From assembly GCA_000004985.1 (NCBI GenBank), contig GG738846.1: DNA of 64,000 nt, one strand, 5' to 3'. The notes under the pieces were generated by a model. It was not told where the DNA came from. It made no database searches and was given only the letters and a program-made list of their open reading frames with translations. Of the stretch, positions 63,337-64,000 are shown one piece after another (position 1 is the first letter of the stretch; every line of letters begins with the position of its first letter). The position numbers and the translations under genes are program-made. The DNA comes from Naegleria gruberi. Taxonomy: Eukaryota.

Positions 63337-63671
63337 TTTTTGGTGACTTTTGAAAGAAGATGGTATATAATAATAGTATTACATGTCTCTCTAGTTATTA
63401 ACAAACTCTTGCAAATATATTGTTGATGAAAATTGATAATAATAACGAGCAAGAAGAATTACAAATTAATTATAAATATTTTAAATTATTATTATATTTA
63501 GGAGTGGAAGAGTGTGTTGTGTGTTGTGGGAAGTTTTGGGAAGTAATAATTGGGAGGGAGAATGAATTTAAATCTGATGATGATGAAATTATGTGAGAAA
63601 ATTATCCACAAACACGAATATTTAAAACACAATCATCATCATTGTCATCATTATATTATCTGGGAGGAAAT

Positions 63672-63956
63672 TTAGAAAGACTGAGCAGCAGCGGATTCCA
63701 TTTCAATCTTTTCAAATTCAGAAACAATAATATTTTGCAATTGCATGCCAAGGTATCTATCAGATTGCTCCAACATCTTCTTAAGTTCGTAATATTCTGG
63801 ATTAATTGGTTCAGCAGCGGAATAAATAATATAGGCAATAGCAGCCCATTCAGCTAAATGTTTAAGAGATTCCCAATTCTTTTCAACTTTCTTGGTGTTT
63901 GGACCAAAGAATTCACGATAAACAAAGTTAGTGATAGGTTTTAATGGATTGAACAT
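63672..63956 (-). CDS. Small (~94 aa) hypothetical protein, possibly membrane-associated
   Basis: ATG at 63956 (MFNPLKPITNFVYREFFGPNTKK...). The listed start at 63977 is TTG. There is one hydrophobic helix WAAIAYIIYSAA. Confidence 0.35.
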   Translation of the reverse strand: MFNPLKPITNFVYREFFGPNTKKVEKNWESLKHLAEWAAIAYIIYSAAEPINPEYYELKKMLEQSDRYLGMQLQNIIVSEFEKIEMESAAAQSF

Positions 63957-64000
63957 TTTTTTCAATTCAATCAACAATAATTTTTTAAAAAGATTGAATT

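Noticed and set aside
63165-63452. ORF 63165..63452 (-), H/L/P-rich
   Set aside because: It overlaps the 5' end of the 3.9-kb gene in another frame, and its composition is dictated by the sense-strand codons. It is an artefact.

Overview
This 64-kb window is AT-rich (~70% AT) nuclear DNA from a eukaryote, almost certainly a fungus. The evidence is: short spliceosomal introns of about 40-70 nt with GTAAGT/GTATGT donors and CTAAC-like branch sites; a fungal-type Zn(II)2Cys6 transcription factor; poly-Q/poly-N tracts; two nuclear tRNAs; and two dispersed 5S rRNA genes. The large Sel1-repeat protein kinase at 56.6-59.4 kb, together with the base composition, is reminiscent of Glomeromycotina (Rhizophagus-like arbuscular mycorrhizal fungi). 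That placement is an inference, not a database result. About 40 protein-coding genes are dense on both strands, and several are multi-exon and could only be reconstructed by hand. Genes I recognise with good support are PIG-A/GPI3, a Ctr copper transporter, a mitochondrial carrier, EMC6, HAUS1/augmin, an STE20-family kinase, a peroxisomal-type DHAP acyltransferase (GNPAT) ending in -SKL, an SDR, a WDR91 homologue, UDP-glucose 6-dehydrogenase, Pelota/Dom34, a PDE-like gene with substituted metal ligands, an aminotransferase class IV/ADC-lyase-like gene, a LYR-motif protein, a calcineurin-like phosphoesterase, an isopentenyl-phosphate-kinase-like amino-acid-kinase and Dcp2. Things worth a second look are: (i) two near-identical 5S rRNA genes in direct orientation bracketing a 5.3-kb block of orphan genes; (ii) a membrane-anchored P-loop NTPase with an NB-ARC-like Walker A; (iii) the possibly pseudo-enzymatic PDE; (iv) a Sel1-kinase whose Sel1 region is built from about nine near-identical 108-bp DNA units; (v) three loci where long open frames abut in different frames, which may be frameshifts, unconventional introns or assembly indels; and (vi) a degenerate repeat-containing region at 53.7-56.5 kb with a GC-richer structured non-coding stretch. 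Caveats: the supplied ORF track treats GTG/TTG as start codons, so many listed M starts are not real starts. Hand-derived intron coordinates may be off by 1-2 nt.
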